A stretch of DNA of 63,771 nucleotides, the filler included, from Octopus bimaculoides (taxonomy: Eukaryota), in assembly GCF_001194135.2 (NCBI RefSeq). It is 8 parts of 8 records of this genome, joined end to end, with 100 filler letters (N's around TTAATTAATTAA, not from the genome) between each part and the next. Parts side by side here need not be neighbours in the genome. Positions count along the whole stretch, not along the records: positions 50,999 to 61,952 come from NC_069004.1; positions 62,053 to 63,771 come from NW_026353875.1; 6 more parts are not named here. One strand, 5' to 3'. Numbering within the stretch: the stretch's first letter is position 1; each line of letters starts with the position of its first letter. Positions 52,871 to 63,771 of the stretch are shown piece by piece. The notes below the pieces were generated by a model. The model did no database searches, was not told the origin of the DNA, and saw only the letters and a list, made by a program, of their open reading frames with translations. A program made the position numbers and the translations under genes.

Positions 52871-55290
52871 TGATAAAGCAGTGCTTGAAATTTTACTGCT
52901 GAACGGAGATGTGTCGATTTGTGCTGCCTCCAAGAAGGTGGAGAGGAGGTTCCGCTAGGAACACTGACTGGGTTGGGGGCATGGGTATAATTCTTGCGGA
53001 GAAATGGGTTGATAAGGTAGTCAGAGTATGTGACAGAATACTTAAGATTAGATTAGTGCTTCATCATGGGTTAGCAACCATTATCTCGGCCTATGCCCCT
53101 AAGCCGGGGCTACTTGATGGACAGAAAGATTTTATGATACTCTCTTGCACACTACCTCATTGACGAATGACAGGGACCTTCTCTTTATGGCTGGTGACTT
53201 CAATGGTCATGTTGGACAACATACAGGGGGCTTCCATGGCATACATGGAGGCTATGGTTTTGGTTCCCGCAATGAGGAGGAAACCAGGCTACAAAGGTAA
53301 AGGTGATGCTTTAGATACAAATAATTACAGAGGTATCAAGTTGTTGTATCAGGTAATGAAGGTCACGGAGAGGGTCATAGCCCAACTAATTAAGGAGAGA
53401 GTCAGTTTAGATGAGATGCAGTTTGGGTTTGTGCCAGGGAAAAACACCACTGATGCTATATTTCTGGTAAGACAGCTGCAGGAGAAATACCTAGCCAAAG
53501 ATGAACCTCTGTACCTGGCTTTCATTGACATGGAGAAAGCCTTTGACAGGGTCCCCCGATCCCTTATCTGGTGGTCAATGAGGAAAATAGGGATAGAAGA
53601 ATGGTTAGTGAGAGCTGTGCGAGCCATGTACAGGGAAGCTGTCAGTTAGGTGAAGGTTGGCAACGAGTACAGTGAAGAATTCCGGGTAGAGGTAGGGGTC
53701 CACCAAGGTTCAGTCCTCAGCCCCCTCCTATTTATCATAGTCCTCCGGGCAATAACAGAGGAATTCAAGAGAGGATGCACCTGAGAGCTCCTCTATGCTG
53801 ATGACCTTGCTCTAATTGCTGAGTCACTATCAGAACTCAAGGAGAAGTTTCAGGTGTGGAAGCAAGTATTAGAATCGAAGGGCCTTAGAGTCAACCTAGC
53901 AAAAACCAAAGTCATTAGTAAGTAGGAAGGCAGACAAACCACAAATCCCTTCAGGTCGATGGCCCTGCTCAATCTGTAGAAAAGGTGTAGTTAGAAACTC
54001 TATAAGATGTACCCAGTGTAAGCTATGGACACATAAGAGGTGCAGCAATATATAAGGGAGGTTAACTGGGAAGATAGTTTTTGCATGTGGCAGATGCTCA
54101 AGAGCAATAAACACTGAAAATGTGCAGAAAACAACTTCTGCCACATTCCAGGGACAAAAACTAGAAATAGTTGAGAGCTTCTGTTATCTAGGTAACCAAG
54201 TCAGTAGTGGGGGTGGGTGCTTTAAAAGTGTAGCTGCTCGAATAAGAATAGCCTGGGCAAAGTTCAGAGCGCTCCTACCTCTGCTGGTGACAAAGGGCCT
54301 CTCACTCAGAGTAAAAGACTGTATGACGCATGTGTACGAACAGCCATGCTACATAACAGTGAAACATGGGCTGTGACTGCTGAGGACATGCGTAAGCTCG
54401 CAAGGAATGAAGCGAGTATGCTCTGCTGGATGTGTAATGTCAGTGTGCATACTTGACAGAGTGTAAGTACTTTGAGAGAAAAGTTGGACCTAAGAAGCAA
54501 GAGAGACGACTGTGCTGGTATAGTCATGTAGTGAGAATGGATGAGGATAATTGTGTGAAAAAGTGCCACACCCTAGCGGTTGAGGGAACCTGTGGAAGAG
54601 GTAGACCCAGGAAGACCTGGGATGAGGTGGTGAAGCACGACCTTCAAACATTACGGCTCACCGAGGCAATGACTGGTGATTGAGACCTTTGGAAATATGC
54701 CGTGCTTGAGAAGACCCGGCAAGCCAAGTGAGACCATAACCAGTGGCCTATGCCAGGGGTGTAACCAGCCCACTTATGCATACTTTCCTTCATTGGACAC
54801 AAAACTCTGCTTGTGAAGACCTGCTGAAGTAAGTGAAATCGAAATTGAAATCAAATTTGATGACAGCATCGCATGACTGGCATCCGTGCTAGCTGAGTGC
54901 TGAGAGCACCATCCCAGCGTGATCGTTACCAGGGCCGCTGACTGGCTCCTGTACCAGTAGCATGTAAAAAGCACCATTCGAGTGTGATTGTTACCAGTGT
55001 TGCCTTCCTGGCACATGAAAAACAATATTTGACTGGCTCCTGTGCAGGTGGCACGTAAAAACACCATTTGAGTGTGACCATTGCCAGTACCACCTGACTG
55101 GTCCTTGTGCCGGTGGCATGTAAAAGCACCCACTTGGAGTGATTGGCATTAGGAAGGGCATCCAGCTGTAGAAACTTTGCTAGATCAGATTGGAGCCTGG
55201 TGCAGCCATCTGGCTCGCCAGTCCTCAGTCAAATCGTTCAACCCATGCCAGCATGGAAAGCGGATATTAAACGATGATGATGATGATGGT
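52870..55290 (+). mobile_element. RTE-clade LINE with APE endonuclease, RT, 3' UTR and (GAT)n tail; internal deletion
   Basis: ISAYAP..AGDFNGHVG..GFGSRNEE joined at ~53290 to YKGKGDALDTNNYRGIKLL..QFGFVPGK..AFIDMEKAFDRVPR..HQGSVLSPLLF..YADDL. Confidence 0.93.
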
Positions 55291-55429
55291 GGTGATGATG
55301 AAACTGCATGTTGTCTATTTCAGCCAACTTGTATATTGAATTCAGGTCCTGCTGTAAGCTTGTGACATCATCTTGGTTTTTTATTGCCTGTGATAATTTT
55401 GTATCATCAGCTAGCTAATGTTTTTTTTC

Positions 55430-55795
55430 ATTTTATTTGTTTTAGTCATTTGGCTGTGGCCATGCTGAAGCACCACCTTTAGTTGAAATCGACCCCATGA
55501 CTTATTCTTTGTAAGCCAAGTATTTATTCTGTCAGTCTGTTTTGCCAAACTGCTAAGTTACGGGGACATAAACACACCATCAGTTGTCAAACTATGGTGG
55601 GGAGGGGGGAGACAAACATATATGCAAATATATACATTTATATATACAACAGTTTCCATCTACCAAATCCACTCACAAAGCTTTGGTCAGCTCAAGGCTA
55701 TAGTAGAAGACACTTGCCCCAGGTGGCACACAGTGGAAATGAACCTGGAACCATATGGTTGGAAAGCAAGCTTCTTACCATACAGCTATGCCTGT
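55430..55795 (-). mobile_element. SINE family A
   Basis: Reverse-complement homologue of 8077-8500. Confidence 0.85.
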
Positions 55796-55959
55796 ACCTA
55801 TAAATATATGTATATACATTTATACCACAAAATGCACACATGTATACACACACACATCTTTGCATCTGCTTTATGCATTTTGTCCATGTATATTTGGATA
55901 TCCAACTTAGTTCCTGGGATTATATTTGAAATTGTAAGCTCATGGAGCTGTGGAGGGGT

Positions 55960-56950
55960 GGCATAGTAGATGGTGGGTCCTGCTTGAAATTTCTGAGCAT
56001 GAACTGTTGCTTATACATGCAGGGAGAGAAGGTTTCATCCTTAATATTTAAAATATGCACATTTGATGTAATAATGTTTAATTTTTAAGTGATGCAAAGT
56101 TCACATTTGCTGCCCCATCCCAATCCACCAGGTCATCTGGGGGTTGTTCAAGCCTCTCTCTTTCAGAGGCCATACCATATTGGATAGGGTTGTTGGTTTT
56201 TGTCTCTGAACAAAGCCATAAGCCATGTTTATCTTCCTTTGAAGGTGTTTCCCATTATTCCAATACATCTTTGTTACTCCACTCAAATTCATGTTGACCT
56301 TGTACACCAGTTCTTTCTCCAGGCACCTGTTGTTCAGGTGACAGCCATCCAGAGATCTACAATTACATAGTCTTTCAGGGTGAGAGTGCATTTCTAATAT
56401 TTTTTGTGGCTGAATATAATCGATCTTATATAAGGGACGCAACTCTAGCTAACTGCAAATGTATTTCTGTTGAAGATCATATGGTATTTATGTGAGTGTG
56501 GGAAGTGATTATTAATTTTAAGAATTTTCTAGCTATGTTAGTGGTTACATTCATATTACGTAAGGGATTGTACCATAACATTTTCCTCTGCCTGTGTCTT
56601 CTTGGTCTATTTACATTTGGTTCATAATTTGTTACTCTTAAAGTTAGACCTTTCTAAAGTGGTATTGTAGCATGGGGCAGCTTTTTCAAAAGTAGCCTTG
56701 TCATAGGATAGGTTGGAAACATATTTGCTAATGTTATTGGCAAGGTGGTTGGAGCCTATATCAGTGTAGGATATATCCTCATTTGGTTTATAGGAGGGTT
56801 GAAATCTGCTTGTGCTAAGGTTCATGTTAATGTCTAAAAAATTAATTTCTTTAAGATTAGTGTTAATTGTAAATATTTTGCCTAACTCTTTCCTTATCCA
56901 TTTTTGTTATGTAGCACTTTGGCTAAGATTTTGATATAGAAAAGCATTAT
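55960..56950 (-). mobile_element. Penelope-like element fragment: RT thumb, linker and GIY-YIG endonuclease, decayed
   Basis: INFLDINMNL..YKP..SNH..KAAP.Y..RKMLWYNP..NIARKFLKLI..HFP..IFNRNT..CNCR..C.LNNRCL..LVYK..TW.I..KCELCIT.K..ILN.K.E.FS.C. Confidence 0.85.
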
Positions 56951-57277
56951 TTGACCCTCCTACACACTGTCCTGTTTTCTCTTTCTTTTTTGCACCCTAT
57001 TTTCTCTTTTACTCATTGTTTTGGATCTTGTATGTCATTCTATAGCCATTTCAAGGACATATTTTTGACTTATTCTCTTTTTTTACATTCTCATTTTTTT
57101 CTAGTTCTTTACACAGAAATTCTTTATATACCTATCTTTATACACATTTTAAAATTATCTTATTCTAATTCTGGGAGGGGTTTCTCCCCCTCAAATTCCT
57201 GAATCCATTTCCTACATACATTTGTGTTTTTACATTTTGTTAATGCCCTCCCAAATAAATTTGCATTTCGTGTTTGA

Positions 57278-57359
57278 AGCTTTGATGAAGCTATAGGGTA
57301 ATACTCAAGCATTCAACTATGAGTGCATTACATCTTATTGCAGAAACAGCTGTAAGTTA
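57278..57359 (+). ncRNA. Type-I hammerhead motif with long stem II
   Basis: AGCU-UUGAUGA-A-GCUAUAGG..CUUAUUGC-A-GAAA-CAGCUG-UA-AGUU: stem I 4 bp, palindromic ACAGCUGU stem III, GUA site; C3 changed to U. Confidence 0.65.
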
Positions 57360-57392
57360 ATGAAGTTCATAAGATAATTGCTAATTTCTTTG

Positions 57393-57440
<48 letters not shown>

Positions 57441-57711
57441 TGGGTGACTATCTCCTTGCCTTGAATTCATGTGATAGTTGTGAACAAGTGTCACTGTCAT
57501 GCAAGTGGTGTCCTTAATTCCCAATCTTCAATGGAAATGGTCATAGAGAAATATTACTTGGAAACATGTGAGGGTTGGAAACAGGAAGGGTATCAGACCA
57601 TAAAAAATTTCATTTCAAAAAATGATTTCCAACACATGCAAGTATGGAAAAGTAGACAAAATCAACTGCAATAGTCATCAAGATAGCTACAATATCCAAA
57701 GTTTGTGTGTG

Positions 57712-57936
57712 TTATTTCTTTATTACCCACAAGGGGCTACACACAGAGGGGACAAACAAGGACAGACAAACGGATTAAGTCGATTATACCAACCCCAATG
57801 CGTAACTGGTACTTATTTAATCGACCCCGAAAGGATGAAAGGCAAAGTCGACCTCGGCGGAATTTGAACTCAGAACGTAGCGGCAGATGAAATACCGCTA
57901 AGCATTTCGCCCGGCGTGCTAACGTTTCTGCCAGCT
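57712..57936 (-). mobile_element. SINE family B with an alternative 3' tail
   Basis: Head and core as family B; tail tttgtctgtccttgtttgtcccctctgtgtgtagccccttgtgggtaataaag instead of aaatttcaggccttgtgcctttagtagaaagg. Confidence 0.85.
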
Positions 57937-58317
57937 TGTGTGTGTGTGCATGTATTTCTGCCTTTGTGCATACCAAAATTTCAATTACATAGTGAAGACA
58001 TGCAATAAACAAAACTACTGAAAACCAACTAGAAAACTTTTTATTTATTTTTTTTCTGGTGAGAGAAATACTGTTAGTTGAATTGAGCCAATATATTACT
58101 GGATTTCATTTTACTGGCACCAAAACAATGAAATACAAAAGTGATCCTTCAGGAATTTGAACCAATGTTAATAAAAATAATAACAACAATAATAATAATA
58201 ATAATAATAAATAATTACTTATTTATTTATTACATTAAACTGAAACCTAACCACAATGTAGCTCAAACCCACAGTACTCAAATTGTCAGCACAATGGCCA
58301 AACCAACTGAGCTAATA

Positions 58318-58535
58318 ATTGTTTCTGTGAGAGAAATTTAGGGGAAATAAATTAGTTGATTATATTGACTCCAGGACTTGATTGGTACTTTATTTTATCA
58401 ACCCTAGAGGGTTGAAAGGCAAAGTTAACTTTGGCAAGATTTGAACTCTGAAATATAGAGAACTACAAGAAATACCACAAGGCATTTTAGCTAAAGCACT
58501 AATGATTCTGCCAATCCACTACCCTTGTTATAATA

Positions 58536-58575
<40 letters not shown>

Positions 58576-58813
58576 GTCCTTTCTACTAGAGGCTCAAGGC
58601 TTGAAATTTGTTGGAAGGGGATAAGTTGATCACATCAACCCCAGTACTTGACTGCTACTTACTTTATCGACCCCAGAAGGATGAAAGGCAAGGTCAACCC
58701 CAGCAGAATTTGAACTCAGAATGTAAAAACAGACAAAATGCCACTAAACATTTTGCTCAGCATGCTAACAATTCTGCCAACTCACCTTATTATTATGATT
58801 ATATTATTATTGC

Positions 58814-58853
<40 letters not shown>

Positions 58854-59135
58854 CCTTTCTTCTAAAGGCACAAGGCGTGAAATTTGGGTGAGGGGGCTGG
58901 TTGATTACATGGACCCCAGTGTTTCACTGGTACTTAATTTATCGACCCTGAAAGGATGAAAGGCAAAGTTGACCCTGGCAAAATTTGAACTCAGAACATG
59001 CAGACAGACAAAGTGCTGCTAAGCAGTTCACCCAGCATGCTAACAATTCTGCCAACTCACTGCCTTAATCATAATCCTTTCTTCTTTTGGCAGAAAGCCA
59101 GCAATTTTAGCAGGAGAAGTTATTTATATCATCTC
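58318..59135 (-). mobile_element. Tandem cluster of three full and one partial SINE family B copies separated by (AAT)n
   Basis: Copies at ~58318-58526, 58576-58789, 58854-59067 and partial 59075-59135, all in the same orientation and mutually diverged. Confidence 0.85.
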
Positions 59136-59982
59136 CAGTGCTCAGCTGATACTACTATAATGGCCTCTGTTCCTCAGACTTGTTCCATGCTATTTCCATT
59201 CAAGCCCTCTTAATTCCCTCATCACCCATGTTGTTTCCAGCCTGTACCCACCATAAGCTCTACACTAACTACTACATCCAACCTTTCTTCCCTAGAATGT
59301 TGGCCCTCTGAAACTTCCTCCCACACAATGTCTTTCTTGTGGGTAACAGCTTGCAACAGTTTAAATATAACATTAACATCAGTCAATTTCATCAATCTCA
59401 ATACTTAGCAGGTGCTTTATTTTATAGACCCCAGAAAATTAAACACAAAACTGACATTGGTAAGGTTTACCAATCTGCTACATGAACCCAAAAGTATTAC
59501 TGGTATTTATATTCTCAACATCAGAAAAAATAGTCAATCCTGGTTTGAACTCAATATAATACAAAGATACAAAAACAAACAGCAGTCTTTAATCCAGCTT
59601 CTTTTATAATTCCATCAGTCCAAAGCTATTTTGAAGGACGATAATGATGATGGTTATGCTCAATGATAACAATGGTAACATTGATAATAGGTGATAATGA
59701 TGGTGATGATACTTGGAGCTGATTGTTAGTGATGGCAATGGCAGTAGTGATGGTGGCATTAATAACAAACATCTTCAAATAAGAGAGTCTGTTACTTCGT
59801 CATAAAATAATTCAGCATAGTTTGGAGGGTGACTTTTCTGTCCGCAGGGGAACAGTAACATTTCTTGACCTGCTAATGTTATAGCATTTTTCTGAAAGAT
59901 ATGAAAGAAAAAAATACAGCAAAACAATTATAATTCATGAAACAAAATTTTAGGATTGTTTTTTATCATTATGCATATTAAT

Positions 59983-60300
59983 AGGCATGGGCAAGGCTGT
60001 GTGAGTAAGACGCTTGTTTTCCAACCATGTGGTCTTGGGTTCAGTCTCACTGCATGGTACCCTGGGCAAGTGTTTCCTACTATAACCCTGGGCCAACCAA
60101 AGCTTTATGAATGAATTTGATAGACAGAAACTGAAAGAAGACTGGTGTGTATGTGTGTGTGTGTGTGTGTGTCTGAGTATATGCATGGCTTTGTATTTGT
60201 CCTGCACCAACACTTGACAACCTGTGTTGGTTTGTTTACATCCCTATAACTTAGCAGCTCAGTTTTAAAAAAACAGACTGATAGCATAAGTACCAAACTT
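59983..60300 (+). mobile_element. SINE family A, lacking the tail
   Basis: Head and body colinear with 8077-8400. Confidence 0.8.
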
Positions 60301-60447
60301 TGTAAAGATAATAATATACCTAATTGTATCTATATTTCTTTTACATTTATACATATATATATATATCATATTTACACATTATACTTATATATGTGTGTGT
60401 GTTTGTCAAACTCTTAATCGTTACACATTTTTTTTCCTTTCTCCATG

Positions 60448-60483
60448 CTTTGTGATGAAGAGTATAGGCTTGAAACGTCAAAG
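60448..60483 (+). ncRNA. Minimal type-I hammerhead motif in a short repeat (60420-60573)
   Basis: CUUU-GUGAUGA-A-GAGU(AUAG)GCUU-GAAA-CG-UC-AAAG: canonical GUC site; C3 changed to G. Confidence 0.7.
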
Positions 60484-60569
60484 ACTTTTCCATTCTTCCC
60501 AAATGTCAAACTAATACACCTGTTTCTTGTTCCCTCACCTGTCTTCATCTTTTGCTTTCTGTAAATTTG

Positions 60570-60600
<31 letters not shown>

Positions 60601-60602
60601 AT

Positions 60603-60775
60603 ATATCTTTTACTTGCTTCAGTCACTAGACAGTGGCCATGCTGGGGCACCACCTTGAAGAATTTTTAGTTGAATGAATCAACCCCAGGACTTTTTTTTT
60701 GCTAAGCCTGACACTTATTCTATTAGTCACTTTCACCGAACTGCTAATATACAGGCAAATAAACACACCATGTAT
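60603..60775 (-). mobile_element. SINE family A, 3' half
   Basis: Reverse complement of the tail ggtgccccagcatggccactgtctagtgactgaagcaagtaaaaga. Confidence 0.8.
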
Positions 60776-60776
60776 A

Positions 60777-60831
<55 letters not shown>

Positions 60832-60872
60832 GCACATCTATACTACACATATATCATTACCATCATCATATA

Positions 60873-61093
60873 CAGTAATCCCTTGCTATATCGCAGTTCA
60901 CCTATCACAGTTTATTATTTAAGCTTATGTCAATTTATTTGTGGTGTTGTTTTGCATTTATAATTAAATAAATATATACAAATTATTAAAATAATAAAAA
61001 AATATACAGTACAGTACTGTTTCTACTTCAAGGATTTTCACCTATTACAGGGAGTTTAGGAATGTAACACCTGCGATAGTTGAGGGATTAGTG
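60873..61093. mobile_element. pogo/Tigger-like MITE
   Basis: TA-cagtaatcccttgctatatcgcag ... ctgcgatagttgagggattagtg-TA (imperfect TIRs, TA TSD at 60871-72 and 61094-95). Confidence 0.75.
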
Positions 61094-61352
61094 TATAAAT
61101 ATATATACACATCCATATATATATATTATAAATATATACACACACACATACACAAAGGATACTTGTATCCAGTGAATCAACTGGAGTTGAAAAGAGCATT
61201 GGGATTAATGCTCATAAATGATAGGTAATGACAAAAATAAACTGAAGTTTATCAATATTCAAGGAAAGCAGAAAATGGAGATACAATTGATGAATAACAA
61301 TTAATTTACATCAATTATCATTTATTAATTAATTACAAAAAGTCAGAATCTC

Positions 61353-61466
61353 AACTTACAGCTGTTTCCGTTAGCATGATTCACAGATTTAACCACCACA
61401 ATAATAATAATAGTTATTGTAAGTAATTAATTATATAAATCTGAATCACGGAACTTCATCAGAGAG
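61353..61466 (-). ncRNA. Type-I hammerhead motif with very long stem II, same family as 57278
   Basis: Minus strand CU-CUGAUGA-A-GUU..GUGAUUC-AGAUUUA..UAAAUCU..GAAUCAU..AAC-G-GAAA-CAGCUG-UA-AG: intact core, stem I eroded to 2 bp. Confidence 0.7.
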
Positions 61467-62127
61467 GAGAAGTAAATAAAAGTACAAAAAAAAAAAGAAA
61501 GAAAAAAATAGAGAAAGTGACAACAGTGATTATCTTTTGACAAGAACTCAACATTTTTCCTCCACTTCTAAAGTATCCTATTTCATTATTCTTTATTCCT
61601 GATACACTTCCATCCCTTTGCTCTTCATGCTCATTTCTCCACTTCTTTTCCACCTGTTTCTTTTTCTCCTTTTTCCTTTCTTTTTTTCTTTTTCGTTTCT
61701 TTTCTTCATATTTCACACAAGCTGTTCTATTTACTTTTTGTATTTATATATTATTTTTATATTAATTTTTATATTTTTCATTTTTTTAGTTTCTATTTGT
61801 ATATTGTGAAAAAAAAAAAAATTTTGCTATAGAAACAGCCTTCTAAACCACAGAATTATCCAAAAGTTCAAAACTCATTAGAGTAGCTGTAAGCACTAGC
61901 ATTAATAAAAAAAAATTATCTGCCCCAAAAGCCATCTCTACTCATTTTTTCANNNNNNNNNNNNNNNNNNNNNNNNNNNNNNNNNNNNNNNNNNNNTTAA
62001 TTAATTAANNNNNNNNNNNNNNNNNNNNNNNNNNNNNNNNNNNNNNNNNNNNGGATGGATTGATGGATGGTTAGCTCAATAGACAGACATACAGACAGAC
62101 AGACAGATAGACATATAGATAGATACA

Positions 62128-62158
<31 letters not shown>

Positions 62159-62726
62159 GTACATACGTACTTACATATGTACATACATTTTCATTTGTAC
62201 CTATCATCATAAATGCATTAGGTTATGTACCAACAAATTCGCACAAAAACCTAGAAATACTCAGTTTCACGAAAAAAAAAACGCAAAAGAAAACTGAGGC
62301 GGATTCTCCAAATCCAATCTATTCGTGGCACAGTGAAGGTTTGTAAGACATTACCAAAAATTCTCTATGTGAGATTTTTGTATGAATAGATGCACACACT
62401 TAGGTGTGTTCATCGATAGTTCGACCAGAACATCAACTCAACCACATATTCACAGACACCAAGAACTCTCTTAACTGAAAAAAAAATCTTGTCGCTTTCT
62501 TAGCAAACGGCTTGAACTCTCTCAAGAAAAATTATACATGACTAGCGGGACCCGTGAATATTTCACGGAATTAATGGTAAATCTATTGGGTTATTTCTGA
62601 AAACTTTATCCCAAAAATTCTGAAACGTAGCCTGTATAGTGTCTGTTTGGAAAGATAGTTGTTCATCTGCTATTCAATGAAAAGTGAAGGAAATTAGAAT
62701 ACAATGATTAGTTAATGCATGAGTGA

Positions 62727-62987
62727 TTCGTTCAACATCCTTAAACAACTCTTATCCAAGGACCTTTTGAGTGGAACGGTCTATTCAATCTGAAGCAAAT
62801 TCTAACTGAGCCCCACTTGCAAGGTCATGCGCTGTTTATCTTGATATGAAGTCATCATGTCTCACACATATGGTTGTGATGCATGTACCTGGTGTACCCT
62901 TATCAAACGGGTAATCATGATGAATATACTGGCCTTCGCATATTTTACTCCAATGTCACTTTGATGGCATGCACTGCTCTCTTACTC
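62727..62987 (+). mobile_element. Truncated second copy of the (TAA)n-associated element at 10931-11446
   Basis: Reverse complement aligns with 10931-11190; followed by (AAT)n at 62988-63135. Confidence 0.8.
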
Positions 62988-63063
<76 letters not shown>

Positions 63064-63135
63064 TTAATAATGATAATAATAATAATAATAATAATAATAT
63101 TAATAATGATAATAATAATAATAATAATAATATTA

Positions 63136-63504
63136 TAGTCAAGACGAAGAGCGCGATTCGATCGTAAGATATTTTATTAGTTGAACGATATTTCGACAGT
63201 ACGTCTGTCTTTGTCAAGTTCAAAATAAGAAGTGATAAAAATTCAAAATTATAGACATTTAAACGTAAAGTATGAACGAGAGCAAGCAGGGTCCACACGT
63301 TGATGGAACTTAAAAACTGATGATATCATTCCATCAACGTGTGGACGCTGGTTGCTCTCGTTCATACTTTACGTTTGAATTTCTGTAATTTTGAATTTTT
63401 AATCACCTTTTGTTTTGAACTTGACAAAGACAGACGTACTGTCGAAATATCGTACAACCAATAAAATACCAATTACAATCGAATCGCGCTCTTCGTCTTG
63501 ACTA
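63136..63504. mobile_element. Fold-back element/MITE: ~170-bp inverted arms with a ~20-nt loop, inserted in (AAT)n
   Basis: tagtcaagacgaagagcgcgattcgat ... atcgaatcgcgctcttcgtcttgacta; arms pair inward to acgttgatggaa/ttccatcaacgt; TA on both sides. Confidence 0.9.
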
Positions 63505-63523
63505 ATAATAATAATAATAATAA

Positions 63524-63736
63524 TTTTTTCTACTAAAGGCACAAGGCTTGAACTTTTGGGCATGGGATACAGTCGATTACATCGACCGTAGTACATGAGT
63601 GGTACTTATTTTATCGACCCCGAAAGTATGAAAAGCAAAGTCAACCTCGGCAAAATTTGAACTCAGAATGTAAAGACAGATGAAATGCCGCTAAGCACTT
63701 AGCCTGGCATGCCAACCACTCTGCTAGCTCGCCTCC

Positions 63737-63739
<3 letters not shown>
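63524..63739 (-). mobile_element. SINE family B flanked by (AAT)n on both sides
   Basis: Well-preserved copy of the family. Confidence 0.88.

Positions 63740-63771
<32 letters not shown>

Noticed and set aside
58318-59135. Repeat-spacer appearance of the SINE B array or the 41247-41495 tandem as CRISPR
   Set aside because: Eukaryotic context, units over 100 bp with Pol III boxes, no unique spacers, no cas genes.
62541-62640. actagc.ggacccg start with a ccgtgaa/ttcacgg hairpin, reminiscent of Helentron-associated elements
   Set aside because: Too short, no second terminus and only one copy seen.

Overview
AT-rich, gap-ridden (roughly 9 kb of N) eukaryotic scaffold made almost entirely of transposable elements and microsatellites. 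The SINE families and repeat landscape look like an octopus/coleoid cephalopod genome (inference, not a database match). No host protein-coding gene, tRNA, rRNA or CRISPR array can be supported; nearly all ORF-track entries are microsatellite or N artefacts or TE fragments. Identifiable content: a complete but decayed Chapaev3-type DNA transposon (12-bp TIRs, TTA TSD) nested in a second element with ~127-bp TIRs; RTE, CR1-group and R4/Dong-type LINE fragments; mariner/Tc1 relics and MITEs; four or five tRNA-headed SINE families; and Penelope-like element (PLE) fragments. The most notable signal is a set of 5-7 minimal type-I hammerhead-ribozyme motifs from at least three repeat families. One belongs to a PLE whose 3' pseudo-LTR carries a duplicated tRNA-like Pol III promoter module upstream of the ribozyme. 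Every individual ribozyme copy has at least one lesion, so activity is inferred only for the family consensus. Also seen: a shared LINE/SINE 3' tail, tail-swapped SINE copies, elements associated with (TAA)n tracts, and several long fold-back hairpins.
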